Positions 17,564 to 27,397 of a stretch of 64,000 nucleotides of DNA are shown here, in pieces (position 1 is the first letter of the stretch; each line of letters begins with the position of its first letter). The notes under the pieces are model-generated. The model was not told the origin of the DNA and searched no databases. It saw only the letters and a program-made list of their open reading frames with translations. Position numbers and translations under genes: made by a program. The DNA is from a virus. Lineage: Duplodnaviria; Caudoviricetes. The stretch is taken from IMG/VR virus record IMGVR_UViG_3300044840_000108, positions 1 through 64,000 of that record; one strand, 5' to 3'.

Positions 17564-17787
17564 CACATCAACTCGTGTACAGCGGCAGGGTTCTCGGTGG
17601 CCAGTTGCACGAGTTCGCGCGCGGTCATCTCCCGCTGTTGCGCGCCTTCCCATACCAGTTGGGGTGCAGCCGCGCCGACCAGGAGTTGCAAAGTCGTTGC
17701 ACAGAACTGCGCCATGATCCCCGCGTCAGTGGCGTGTGCTGAACCCGCCTTATTCGCGGCGACCAAGGCTTGCTGGTAGGTGGCCAT
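17560..17787 (-). CDS. Hypothetical protein
   Basis: Translationally coupled to both neighbours. Confidence 0.6.
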   Translation of the reverse strand: MATYQQALVAANKAGSAHATDAGIMAQFCATTLQLLVGAAAPQLVWEGAQQREMTARELVQLATENPAAVHELMW

Positions 17788-18044
17788 CAGACACCGGCCT
17801 GCGGGTGCCAGATTTGGACAGTGGCCCAGTCGAGCGCCTCGGCACTTTCGGCCACCATCGCAGCAGCCGACTTGAGATTCCACGAAGACGGGTAAACGCC
17901 GTTCTTGGACAGCACCTCGCCGGTGGCGATGACCTCGACGCCGTATCCGGGACGGGCGGATCGGAACGACCCTCGGCGACCGTTCTCGGTCCAAGTCACG
18001 CCAGCGAGGCTAATGGCCCGGTGCGTCGCCGTAGTGGTAGTCAT
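17787..18044 (-). CDS. Hypothetical protein
   Basis: GGAGG RBS before ATG 18044. Confidence 0.6.
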   Translation of the reverse strand: MTTTTATHRAISLAGVTWTENGRRGSFRSARPGYGVEVIATGEVLSKNGVYPSSWNLKSAAAMVAESAEALDWATVQIWHPQAGV

Positions 18045-18192
18045 TCGAACCTCCGTGGTTGTGGATCTCTTCGTGGTGTCTAGAGACATCATAACATGCA
18101 TTATGGAGACTGAACAGAGTGGTCCGGGGGACCGATCCGTTTCGCTGATTACCGAACTGGGCAGACCGCCCTGTACCCGACCGATCGGCCAG

Positions 18193-18222
18193 AACCCCCG
18201 ATAAGCAAGGTTATCGGGGGTT
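18193..18222. other. dif/lox-like recombination site
   Basis: AACCCCCGATAA-GCAAGG-TTATCGGGGGTT: perfect 12-bp arms, 6-bp asymmetric spacer with ATAA/TTAT borders, upstream of the recombinase operon. Confidence 0.65.
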
Positions 18223-18253
18223 ACCCACCGTCCGAGAAACCTTGTTCCCGTAG

Positions 18254-18302
18254 TTGACATCTTCGTGCCCTACGGCTATCGTTGTACCCGTAGGGCACGA
18301 AG
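18254..18302 (+). promoter_or_regulatory. SigA-type promoter with a 15-bp inverted-repeat operator around the -10
   Basis: TTGACA(18254)-17 nt-TATCGT(18277); CTTCGTGCCCTACGG 18261-18275 / CCGTAGGGCACGAAG 18288-18302. Confidence 0.7.
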
Positions 18303-18328
18303 GTAACTCCACAGAGACCAGGTCCCCC

Positions 18329-18634
18329 ATGAGCACCGTCACCCACATCAAGGCCGCCCACTACGCGATGGTCATCCAGGCCGCGATTGCTCCCGAATTG
18401 GCCGCCAATGCCGAACGCCGGAACGCCTATGCCTTCCGCACCATCAACGCATGGGTAATCGATGACCACACGATCGGCCTGACCGCCAGCGGAGACGCCT
18501 CCACTGCCGACGCTTGTTGCACGATCGCAGTGGACCACGCCTTCTGTGCGCTGGAAGGCAGCCCGTATGACATGCCGCTGGAACAGGGCTACATCAGCAG
18601 CTGGCACAACGGAATGATCACTTACAGTTGGTGA
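18329..18634 (+). CDS. Hypothetical protein
   Basis: Follows the promoter; 11-bp hairpin 18643-18675 after the stop. Confidence 0.6.
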   Translation: MSTVTHIKAAHYAMVIQAAIAPELAANAERRNAYAFRTINAWVIDDHTIGLTASGDASTADACCTIAVDHAFCALEGSPYDMPLEQGYISSWHNGMITYSW

Positions 18635-18698
18635 CCTTCCACAACACCCCCGGAGAGGCCCTCCCCGGGGGTGTTCGTCATAGAACAGGAGCAACGCC

Positions 18699-18944
18699 GT
18701 GACCACTCTCCACCTGTCCGACTCCGACATCGCCCAATGGTTCGGCGTTGAGCCGAAAACCGTGTACCGATGGGTACAGCGCTTCCCCGTCGACTCGTCA
18801 CACCCGTTCCCTACCGCTGACGTGTCCGTCGGTACCGTACGGCCGGTGCTCGGATGGCTCCCCGCTCGCCAGCAAGAGATCCGGCAGTGGCACGCCAGCC
18901 GGCCCGGCCAGGGATCGGGTGGCGGTCGCCCGGCTGCCACATGA
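18699..18944 (+). CDS. AlpA/Xis-like HTH DNA-binding protein
   Basis: DSDIAQWFGVEPKTVYRW...FPTAD...GW; GAACAGGAG RBS. Confidence 0.75.
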   Translation: MTTLHLSDSDIAQWFGVEPKTVYRWVQRFPVDSSHPFPTADVSVGTVRPVLGWLPARQQEIRQWHASRPGQGSGGGRPAAT

Positions 18945-19133
18945 TCTTAATTGTGTGGCAGCAGAACCGGACTGTTCCCGAGATGCGCTAGCGGCCAGAT
19001 CCACCGTGATCGGCTCATCCGCCATCAACCGGGTGACGTTCTCCCCGGACAGGCCCAGCAGCACGAAGGGCCGCCCGTCGCCGGTCCGGCCGGTCGCCTT
19101 GATCACCGCGTGCCTCCTTCTACACTCCTGGGC

Positions 19134-19841
19134 ATGACCCGCCTTGGCCCCCCATCAGCAGCCGAATACCTTGCCATCATCGACACGTGGAACGCCGAGA
19201 CGCAGCGGCTGTGCAGTGAGCAACCCGAGCAGGCCGCCGTGCGCCAAGCCCTGCTCCATGCCGAGAAGCGCACCCATGAACGCGGATGGGACGGACCACC
19301 CGAAGTGTTCACCCTCGGTCGGCACCGGGGCAAAGTGCACTACAGCCGGCAGGACGAGTTCACCAGCATGGTCCGCGACTTGCCGCAGCGTCCGCCCGCC
19401 ACCCTCGAGGCCATCGCCGCCATTATGGAAGCAGCGCGCACTGAAGCCACCCAGGGCGGCATGACTGACGATCTCATCACCAACCGTCAAGGCGCCGTCT
19501 TTCAGGGCATCGGGTTCATGTTCGAGGGCTGGATGGTGTTGGGCACCGACAGTGTTGCCGCCAACAAGTACACCGATGCCCTTGCCAAGGAGCACCTCCT
19601 GAAAACCCACCCCGACCGGCGAGAGGTGCGGATAGTGTCGTATGCGGCGCGCGACGGCTACGTCTGGGATGTCCAGCGCTTTCGCCGCCAACCCGACCTG
19701 GCGTTGCCGCGCTACACCCGCGTTCTCACCCAGGACGATGACGACCCGACCGCCGGATCGGTGCCGCGGTCCTTGACCCGCATGTGCAATGCCATCGCGA
19801 GCAACCCGGTACCCCTGGCGTCGTACGGCGAGATCGTCTGA
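19134..19841 (+). CDS. Hypothetical protein
   Basis: Long ORF with coding-like composition; EGW...HPDRREVR. Confidence 0.6.
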   Translation: MTRLGPPSAAEYLAIIDTWNAETQRLCSEQPEQAAVRQALLHAEKRTHERGWDGPPEVFTLGRHRGKVHYSRQDEFTSMVRDLPQRPPATLEAIAAIMEAARTEATQGGMTDDLITNRQGAVFQGIGFMFEGWMVLGTDSVAANKYTDALAKEHLLKTHPDRREVRIVSYAARDGYVWDVQRFRRQPDLALPRYTRVLTQDDDDPTAGSVPRSLTRMCNAIASNPVPLASYGEIV

Positions 19842-19876
19842 CCCAACAGGGTGTCCTACGCTGTTCCGCCGCGTGC

Positions 19877-20308
19877 TCAGTAGCGCCACGCCCGGATCGC
19901 CTCAAGGTGGCCTGCGTTCAGCCCGGTCCGCTCGTCAACCGGGACCAGCAAGGTCGGGGCGACATCGGCGGACCGGAGTTTCGCCCACGTGTAGTCGGCG
20001 GCGTGGAACTCGTCGTCCAGCCACGCCAATGGCCGCTGGCCGGCGTAGGCGGCGATGCGGGACGCCTTCCAATGCGCCACGACCCGGATCGGTTCCACGC
20101 CAGTCATGTCAACCACTGGGAGGTCCGGCAGGCCGATCGCCGGGCCGACCCACCGGTTCGCTTGCTCGCCGTGCCCGGTGGCCCACGCCAGTTGGGCGTT
20201 GAGGTCGTGGGCGAGTTCGAGCAGCATCCGGCCGTGGTCTACGTCCAGCCAAGGGGCGAGGACACCATCCACGTCCAGCGCGATCACCAGGTCGTTGGCG
20301 CCCATCAC
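19877..20308 (-). CDS. HAD-family phosphatase (Swiss-Army-knife RNA-repair-like HAD type)
   Basis: LDVDGVL, WAT, WK, WLDDE and VDERTGL motifs. Confidence 0.75.
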   Translation of the reverse strand: MMGANDLVIALDVDGVLAPWLDVDHGRMLLELAHDLNAQLAWATGHGEQANRWVGPAIGLPDLPVVDMTGVEPIRVVAHWKASRIAAYAGQRPLAWLDDEFHAADYTWAKLRSADVAPTLLVPVDERTGLNAGHLEAIRAWRY

Positions 20309-21111
20309 GCAGTGCCTGCCTGGCGCGCGGTAGGGCTCGGCTTGCAGTTAAACCGGCCCTGGGTGTTGCAGCTCGAACAGTCACAACTGGCGTACGACGG
20401 ATGGATCGCTGCCGGGCCGGAACAGTTCGCGAGTTCGGTGCACTCGTAGGTGCCGTCGTTGTGGTTCGTGATGTGGCCAGCGCAGGACAGGGTGGCGCGG
20501 CGCTGGGTCGGGTCGGCCTGGACCCACTGCTGTTCGTACTGTGCCGCCGCTGTCCAGCACTTGCCGCGGAGGTGGAAGGTCACTGGCGGTCCGGCGGGGA
20601 TTTCCATGTTGTCAGCGAACGTCAATGACTTCTGGCGGCCAGTGACGGGTTCCTCGCAGGCCGGGCACACGCCGGGGTTTTCGAATCGGGTCATCCGGTC
20701 CAGTTCGCGGGTGGCGAAGCGCTGCCCCATCCGTTCACGACACGGCGGGGGCTCCCCGCACAAGGCGCACACCGGGTAGTGCTCATCCTGGTACACATAC
20801 CAGGTGGTGAAGGAATGGTGCCGTAGGTGCTTGTCGTGGTTACGTGCCTTGACGTCGTCGCTGGTGATCTGGACCGGGCGGATGACAACCACGGCGGGTT
20901 CCGCCACGTTCCGGTAGGCCGGTTTCACGCCGCGTACCGCTTGGTGGTCGTGTTCGGTCCACAAGTCGGCAGGTACCGGGTTGACCTCGATCACGCGCCA
21001 CACGGCGTGGTCGTAGGCGACCAGTCGACCCGGTTCCGGCGGGTGGTGCATGGACATGGTGTTGGCTGGGAACCACCTATCGGGCCGGCTGGCGGGGAGC
21101 ATCCAGTTCAT
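20305..21111 (-). CDS. Cys/His-rich (Zn-binding) hypothetical protein
   Basis: CALCGEPPPC, CPAC, CDCSSC; ATGA overlap. Confidence 0.6.
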   Translation of the reverse strand: MNWMLPASRPDRWFPANTMSMHHPPEPGRLVAYDHAVWRVIEVNPVPADLWTEHDHQAVRGVKPAYRNVAEPAVVVIRPVQITSDDVKARNHDKHLRHHSFTTWYVYQDEHYPVCALCGEPPPCRERMGQRFATRELDRMTRFENPGVCPACEEPVTGRQKSLTFADNMEIPAGPPVTFHLRGKCWTAAAQYEQQWVQADPTQRRATLSCAGHITNHNDGTYECTELANCSGPAAIHPSYASCDCSSCNTQGRFNCKPSPTARQAGTA

Positions 21112-21620
21112 ACCCGGTCCCTCCCGCCGAGGCGCAGCGAGTGCGCCGAGTACCGCCACGGCTCCGGTAGCACCGCCCGGTGCACGGCACGCTGCACCGC
21201 GTCGTTGATGGCGTCCCCCGTCATGCCGGCGTGCCGAGGAGTGTCGTAGCTGGTGATGGACCAGAACAGCGGCCCGGACAGCACTGGCGCACCGACAGCC
21301 ATTGTGAGCGCGGTCAGCCAGTCCTGGTGCCACTCCCCCAGGTCGTACTCAAACCCGACCAGCCAATCCGGCGGAGGTTTGCCGGCGGCTATGTCAAGCG
21401 CAGCCCGCCATCGGCTTGCCTCCCTGTCATCGTATGGGATGAACCAGGCCGGCGTGATGTCCTCGATGCGCACAGCGGCCACTCGGGAGCGGGGGGCGGC
21501 CCACGCCCACGTCAACGCCAGCAGATACCGGTCCCGGGTGCCGGCCAAGGTTTCGGGGTCGCAGGTGGCGATGAGGTGCCGCAGGTTGTCGCGGGTGAGG
21601 CGAGCCATCCTGTTCTTCAT
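21108..21620 (-). CDS. Truncated or degenerate tyrosine-recombinase catalytic fragment
   Basis: RDRYLLAL, PRSRVAAVRIEDI, GPLF, YSAHSLRLG then a stop; no nucleophile Tyr. Confidence 0.65.
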   Translation of the reverse strand: MKNRMARLTRDNLRHLIATCDPETLAGTRDRYLLALTWAWAAPRSRVAAVRIEDITPAWFIPYDDREASRWRAALDIAAGKPPPDWLVGFEYDLGEWHQDWLTALTMAVGAPVLSGPLFWSITSYDTPRHAGMTGDAINDAVQRAVHRAVLPEPWRYSAHSLRLGGRDRV

Positions 21621-22207
21621 CGCGCCACGTCCGGCAGTTCGTCGTAGACACCAACGAGCGTGGCGTGCACGTCGTTCTCATGGCAGGGAGTCAGGATGTC
21701 GTCGTCGGGCCATTCGGTCATGTCCTCAACGAGGAGGTCAGCGTCGGCGTCCTTTTCGAACCGCAGCACCACGAACTTCACTGTGGCACCGCGTCTCGCG
21801 GGTCGTTCGGGCCGTGCGCAGCGGTGCAGCCGACGTCGCCGCAACCGAGGTGTGGGTGTGCGCGTACGTGGCCGAACTGGGCGCAGCGTTCACAGTGGCC
21901 CGGGTCGCCGACGTACTGCCGGTCTGGGTTGGTGCCGCAGAGCGGATGGGTCGGCGGCGGCGGGTGCTGGAGCACGGGCATCGTTTGGCCTCCGGGCGTG
22001 TCGTGGCGAGTGGGGTCAGCGGGTGGCGAGTTCGCGGCGGACCGCGGCGTGAGGCTTGGACACCTGCCCGCGCTTGCCAAGCATCGCGGCGCGGTCGGCC
22101 AGTTCGATGTCGGCCGCGAACAGGTCGTCAATGGTCATGGTGGCGATGGCACGAGGGTTGAGGATGGCCCGGTCGGCTGGGTGATTCCCCGTCATCGTCA
22201 TATCCGT

Positions 22208-22249
22208 AGCCTACCCCGCTGACTCCCGAAAAACAACGCCTACGGGAGT
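22208..22249 (-). promoter_or_regulatory. Promoter with a 28-bp operator straddling the -35 (copy 1)
   Basis: ACTCCCG-N14-CGGGAGT 22222-22249; TTGTTT-17-TAGGCT; ATG 22201 lies 6 nt after the -10. Confidence 0.65.
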
Positions 22250-22422
22250 TAGAGTAGGTCTCTCGCGGACGAGCCCGGGCCGATTTCGGCGGCCCGGGCT
22301 CGGGATCGGGTGCCACGCAGAGCTGAACTGCCGGCACCGTAGACGACACCCTGAAGGGGGTTGCCGACATGCGCGACAGTAGCAAAGGTCGGATCCTGCC
22401 ATGACCATCTACGCTGCGCCCT

Positions 22423-22920
22423 GTGGCAGACACCCTCGCGATCACCGACCTCGCCCCACCGATCGAAGCCGCGTGCCGGCGTGCGGGCCTGCTACTGAAC
22501 CGTGCCGTGAACATCCCCACCGGCACCGTCGTCGCGGCCGTCGCGGTCACCGAGAAAGCCCTGTACGGCGGGGCGTCACTGTGGCTATCCGGGACCAGCA
22601 ATGTGCACGCCGAAACAGCCGCGATCACCTCCGCGTGCAGCGCAGGCGACCCGGCGATCACAGCGATCTGCCTCGCGGGGCGACGGGGCGACGGGACCTA
22701 CACCGACCACGTCACACCGTGCGGCGGGTGCGGCCAACTCCTCACCGACCTCGCCATCTACACCGGCCACCCCATCACGATCTACTCGCCGGACAGCCAA
22801 CTCAACCGGGTCCGAGTGATCCCCCACATCGACCTGTTGCCTCACGCCTACGTGTCCCGCCGGTTGTCGAATGCGAGGATGGCGTCGTGGCCAGCGCCAA
22901 TGGAGACCAAGCCTTCCTGA
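22423..22920 (+). CDS. Cytidine deaminase-like protein
   Basis: HAE...PCGGC Zn motif; TACGCT -10 just upstream (leaderless). Confidence 0.8.
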   Translation: MADTLAITDLAPPIEAACRRAGLLLNRAVNIPTGTVVAAVAVTEKALYGGASLWLSGTSNVHAETAAITSACSAGDPAITAICLAGRRGDGTYTDHVTPCGGCGQLLTDLAIYTGHPITIYSPDSQLNRVRVIPHIDLLPHAYVSRRLSNARMASWPAPMETKPS

Positions 22921-23580
22921 TCTGCCTGACGGCGGACACCATCCCGCCGCTACCGAGCATGCAGCGTCGCTGCATCCCGTGCCTTGAGAAGCACGGGACA
23001 GTCACCGAACTGTGGGTCAGCCACGCCATGGTCGACCCGGTCGACAGTGGCGGCGTGACACCGATCTGCATGGCTTGCACCGAGGTCTCCATGGATGCCC
23101 GGAAGGAGTGGTCCGCGATGGTGGCACCCGAGCAGGTTGCGGACCTGGCGAATCTCGGCCTGCTCGGGTTCGCGGACCAGTTCACAACGCACGTCAACCG
23201 GACGCGTCGCTGGCCGGGGTCTCCCCGTGCGTAACCGGGTCGCGGGCTGGTGGTTGAGTCTCGCCCAGCGCGTGTACGGCCGGGACCGGCTCGCCGACGA
23301 GTCGTGTCTGTGTTGCCGGACCCCCGGCGAGGTGGGTGTGGACTGGCGTGCCCGCCTCGCCGGATGGATGTTGAGGCTGCACCGGTTCTAGGTTGCCAGC
23401 ACTTCAGCCAGCGCCAGGGATCCGGCCACGTCGGCGGCAGTGTGGATGCTCGGTTCGAGGTGTCCAGAGGTGCGCGAGTGGAAGACTCGGTTGTCGGGTA
23501 GGAGGTACCAGCGTGCACTGTTGGTGCGTCCCCGTTCCGCGAACACGCGGGCGCCAGCGAGATCCAGGGCAGCCATTTCG

Positions 23581-24051
23581 TTAGCCAGCCTTTCGTAGGT
23601 CTGCCATCGGCAGTTCGGTCAGCAACCCGGACAGGGTCACGTAGTGCGCCGTATGCACGCTCAATTCCAGGTGGCCCGGTCTGCGGGAGTGCCACACGTG
23701 GTCGGCTGGGCGTTGGCCGGGGATGATGTACCAGCGTTCGGTGGTTGTGTTGTACCGCTCCGCGTACACGCTGGCGTTGGTGAGGTTCGCCGGCGGCGCG
23801 GCAGCATTGGCCTTGGCGTCGAACTCGGAGGTCCAGCGGCGGGCAGCCATGAGGGTGCCGAACCACTGCTCACCCCACTCGCCGCGCTTGGTCACGATCC
23901 ACGGGGTCGTGGGCATCTCTTCGCGGCTGTAGACCCAGCGGTTGTCAGCGGACACGGCGCCCCAGATCTGGAGTTGGCCAGTGCGTAGGTTGCGTCGCCG
24001 GTCCGTTGTCACCTTGTCCAGCGGTGTCGGCTGGCGGGCTGGCTTGGCCAT
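23581..24051 (-). CDS. Hypothetical protein
   Basis: TGATG coupling; Trp-rich. Confidence 0.55.
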   Translation of the reverse strand: MAKPARQPTPLDKVTTDRRRNLRTGQLQIWGAVSADNRWVYSREEMPTTPWIVTKRGEWGEQWFGTLMAARRWTSEFDAKANAAAPPANLTNASVYAERYNTTTERWYIIPGQRPADHVWHSRRPGHLELSVHTAHYVTLSGLLTELPMADLRKAG

Positions 24052-24416
24052 CAGAGGTGGCCCCGACCGTGGTTTTCCCCGCCGCAGGAACAGTCGCAGG
24101 CCGGGCCGGTGGCGCCCATGCACTTGCCGTTGCAAACCTTCTCCGCGTTGCGGGTGAACTGGCCGCCTGTGAAGGTTACGACCCGCTTGTGTTCGGGACA
24201 TTCGAACCCGGCGCGCCGCATGGCGTCGGCCCAGTCCTTGCCACCGAGGTAGTACAGCGGCCAGTCGCGGCCGTTGGCGTCCAGCACGGTCAGCACGTCG
24301 CTGCTGGGGGTCGTGTAGCGCTTGAGGTGCGGGGTGGTGGTCTCTTCGATGACGCGGCGGTGTTTGCAGCCGGTGATGGGGCAGCGGCCGAAGTAGCGGA
24401 GGGTCGTGGCGGCCAT
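24051..24416 (-). CDS. Zn-binding phage protein
   Basis: CNGKCMGATGPACDCSCGGENHG; AAGGAG RBS. Confidence 0.7.
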   Translation of the reverse strand: MAATTLRYFGRCPITGCKHRRVIEETTTPHLKRYTTPSSDVLTVLDANGRDWPLYYLGGKDWADAMRRAGFECPEHKRVVTFTGGQFTRNAEKVCNGKCMGATGPACDCSCGGENHGRGHL

Positions 24417-24453
24417 GTGATGCTCCTTGCGGGGGTCTTCGTGGTGTGCCCCA

Positions 24454-24495
24454 AGCATAGCCTGCCCACTCCCGTAAAGCAAGGGTTACGGGAGT
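24454..24495 (-). promoter_or_regulatory. Promoter with a 28-bp operator straddling the -35 (copy 2)
   Basis: ACTCCCGTAA-AGCAAGGG-TTACGGGAGT 24468-24495; TTGCTT-17-TATGCT. Confidence 0.7.
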
Positions 24496-24850
24496 TGGGT
24501 CGGGTGTTCGGCATCAGCGGCCAGCCACTCCCGCACCGACGGCATGTGATCCGCCGGGCACCACACCAACTCCACCGGAAACCCGTTCTCGTCGCGCCGG
24601 GTCGTGTGCCAGTGCGGCCGGTCCGGCTCTGTCGGCAACGGCTCCCCCGCCGGTATGAAACGGCACGCCCGTTTGATGGAGACACTGTCGATGCCCCACA
24701 GCGTTTGGGACCGGACCCGACACGGCCGCCCGTGGTGCTCCCACCGCCCAGACGGGAACGCCCGCGCTGGCCGGCCACACGCACCGCACCGGCCCTCCTG
24801 GGGCCACATCGCAGTCACTGCCAACAGCCGTCAACTTTCGTCAGGATCTG

Positions 24851-25357
24851 TCAACGCGCCGTCTGTCGAGTGGCAGCGTGCCGGGTCGAAGCCCTGCACC
24901 ACGGGCACCACAACCGCAGCCGCGCGTGCGTCGAATAGACGTGCCGCAACACCCCGTACGTCAGCCAAATCCACAGCGCCGGCGGAAACACGAACCCCGA
25001 CAGCCGCCACCACCACACCGCGCCCTGCGTAGTCGCTGCAACCAGAATCAGCATCACCAGCATCACGGCGGTCAGCACGCCGGGGGTGAGCCGGTGGTAG
25101 CGGCGCAACACCTCCGACCGCCCGGCCGCGACATCCTCGTCGCACCATCCACACGACCGCGCGTCATGCCGTTTGGTGGCACTCCACTCAGTGCCGATGT
25201 ACCACCCCGACAAGAAGACCAGCAGCAGTCCCGCCAGCACGGACGCCACCGAATCGTCCACCGCTGCCAGGACTGCGGCGCCGGTTACCAGTGCCAGCAC
25301 GGGCCCCACCGGGTGGTGCACCATCCACCGCTGTGCGGCTACCGGCAGGACCATCAT
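24851..25357 (-). CDS. Membrane protein with paired H..CxxC motifs
   Basis: Four hydrophobic segments; HDARSCGWC and HARLRLWCPWC. Confidence 0.6.
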   Translation of the reverse strand: MMVLPVAAQRWMVHHPVGPVLALVTGAAVLAAVDDSVASVLAGLLLVFLSGWYIGTEWSATKRHDARSCGWCDEDVAAGRSEVLRRYHRLTPGVLTAVMLVMLILVAATTQGAVWWWRLSGFVFPPALWIWLTYGVLRHVYSTHARLRLWCPWCRASTRHAATRQTAR

Positions 25358-25489
25358 GGCGTCATGCTAGCTGGCATCGTTCGGCCGGTTGGCGTAACTC
25401 GTGGGTTGGCGCCTGTCCGCAGGGCTGCCGGATGCAACGGGTGCGACCTGCGGTTTCCTAGCATAAATACCCACCGGTAACCGGCTGGG

Positions 25490-25918
25490 TTAGGTGCCCG
25501 GTTGGATCCGGATGGAGTAGGCCCGCGGGTAGTGGGCGCCGTTGGGCGGGTTCGCGTTGCCGGCGAACGTGATGAGGGTGCCCTCGTCGAGCCGGGTGTG
25601 ACCGCAGGGAAGGTCGTGGTCGGAGACGAACCAGCACTCCCCGGCGAGGTCGGTGGCGAAGCCGTAGCGCCGGTCGGGTGGCCAACTGTGGATGATGCCG
25701 GCCCGGCGGTCGGTTTGTAGGTCGGCGTGTTCGAGGGTTTGCCGGGCGGCGTGGCGGGCGAAGTCGTCGGGTCTCACGCGGAGGGCGGCGCCAAGGTAGC
25801 GGGTTTGGTTGGTGTGGTGTGCCCGCCCGTACTGGTCGGCTGCATGTTGGGTGTCGAACCGGTCGTCTACCGCGATTAGGTTCGTGCCGTCGTAGAACAC
25901 CGCATCATAGTGGATCAA
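25490..25918 (-). CDS. Protein with a C-terminal cold-shock (OB) domain
   Basis: GIIHSWPPDRRYGFA...WFVSDHDL...LDEGTLITF...PRAYSIR. Confidence 0.6.
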   Translation of the reverse strand: MIHYDAVFYDGTNLIAVDDRFDTQHAADQYGRAHHTNQTRYLGAALRVRPDDFARHAARQTLEHADLQTDRRAGIIHSWPPDRRYGFATDLAGECWFVSDHDLPCGHTRLDEGTLITFAGNANPPNGAHYPRAYSIRIQPGT

Positions 25919-26623
25919 GGGTTGGGGGTCTCTCTGTGACGGCGGGTGTTGCGGTAGATCCACGGCCCGTGCCCGTCGAGGCGGATGGCGCCGCACGCGC
26001 ACCGTTCCGCATCCACCAGGTCATGTGGGGTGTAGAGGGTGGACCAGGGTGTGCAGCGGAGCCAGCGGCGCGGGATGGGGGCGTCCCGCCACGAGGCGTC
26101 GCCGCGGTCGTGGACGCGGTCGCTGTCCTGGGGCCAGCGGGTGAGAGAGTGCGGTATCACCGGGTTGTTCACGTCGCTGGCCGGGTCGTCGCCCGGCGAG
26201 TAGAAGCGTCCCATTCTGTTCCGATCCGTTCTACGGCCTTGCTACCAACCCGGTCATGGTTCCATGCTGGTGGTGCGTCCTCCTCTCTCTCTGTGGTCCC
26301 AGGCGGGTCGGCGTTGGTGAACAGCGGTGGCGGGCCCTGGGTCCAACGGGGCCCGCCACCGAGTCAGGTCCGCGCCGGGCGTTCGAGTTCGTCGGCCAGG
26401 TCGATGCCGTCATCGGCGAGGTGCCGCAGCAGGTCAGCGGACAACTCGATATGGACTGTGGCCGTGCCGGCAGGATGGTCCAGTTCGGCGGTGATGACCG
26501 CGAACCCCGCGTCGTCTGGTTTGTACAGGGTGAACTCGGCGGCGGTGTCGCCGATGGCTTGGCGGTAGACGATGCCGTCCCCCTCGGTACGGCGGTCCTC
26601 GCGGGTGGTATGGGGGATATCGG

Positions 26624-27397
26624 TCACGTGCGGCTGACTCCTTGCATGGTGTTGAGTCGGCGCAGTCGCCGGTACTTCTCGTCGGTGGTGTGCCGGTCCC
26701 ACTGGGCGCGAGGATCGTCGCTGTGAACGACGGGCACGGACCCGACCAAGTCCCGGTCGTCAGGGTTGATGTGCCAGGACAGTTGCCCCGTGGGGCTATC
26801 GATGTACAGGACTGGCCAGTCTGGTTCGTTCGGGTCGTTGTAGGACAACACCGACGGGTATAGGCGGGCAAGGTGCGCCACGAGATGGGTTCGTTCGCGG
26901 TACACACCATCGCGGGCCGTGTCCCCCGATAGCGGGAGGAGCTTCCCCGGCAAGGTCGATCCGGCGGCCAGTTCGAGGAACTGCATCACGGCGTGGGCGC
27001 GTTCGTGGGCAAGGTCGTTGTCTGCGGATCCTTCGGGCGTGGTTTCGGCGCCGTCGCGGTAACCGACCCGGGTGAGAATCGCGTGGTACAGCTCCTCATT
27101 GTCGATGTCCCGACCTCCCGCAGCGGTTGCGAGCGTGCCAGCGAGATCAACGACGAACTGGGTAGCGCGGATATGGTCGTTGGGCGTGGCCTGCGGCGGG
27201 GCACCCGCCACAGGCCCAGTTGGCCACCCCGCGCGGCCAGCGGCGAACTGGGCCGTTAGGGTCTCCGTAGCGTCGCAGACGATGCAAACGTCGGTAGGTT
27301 TTCCGTCGGTCAGGTCAACTGCGAGTTCGTGCGGGGATTTCCATTCCAGGCACGTTGCACACTGCACAAGCTGAGTGCCTACTTCGGCAGGTTTCAT
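26624..27397 (-). CDS. Hypothetical phage protein
   Basis: N-terminal CxxC pair; YRER...GQLSWHI...WDRHTTDEKYRRL C-terminal domain. Confidence 0.65.
   Translation of the reverse strand: MKPAEVGTQLVQCATCLEWKSPHELAVDLTDGKPTDVCIVCDATETLTAQFAAGRAGWPTGPVAGAPPQATPNDHIRATQFVVDLAGTLATAAGGRDIDNEELYHAILTRVGYRDGAETTPEGSADNDLAHERAHAVMQFLELAAGSTLPGKLLPLSGDTARDGVYRERTHLVAHLARLYPSVLSYNDPNEPDWPVLYIDSPTGQLSWHINPDDRDLVGSVPVVHSDDPRAQWDRHTTDEKYRRLRRLNTMQGVSRT

Noticed and set aside
25358-25489. Possible riboswitch (ATGCTAG/CTAGCAT and CCGCAGG/CCTGCGG pairings)
   Set aside because: Only short stems, and no aptamer consensus that I can recognise
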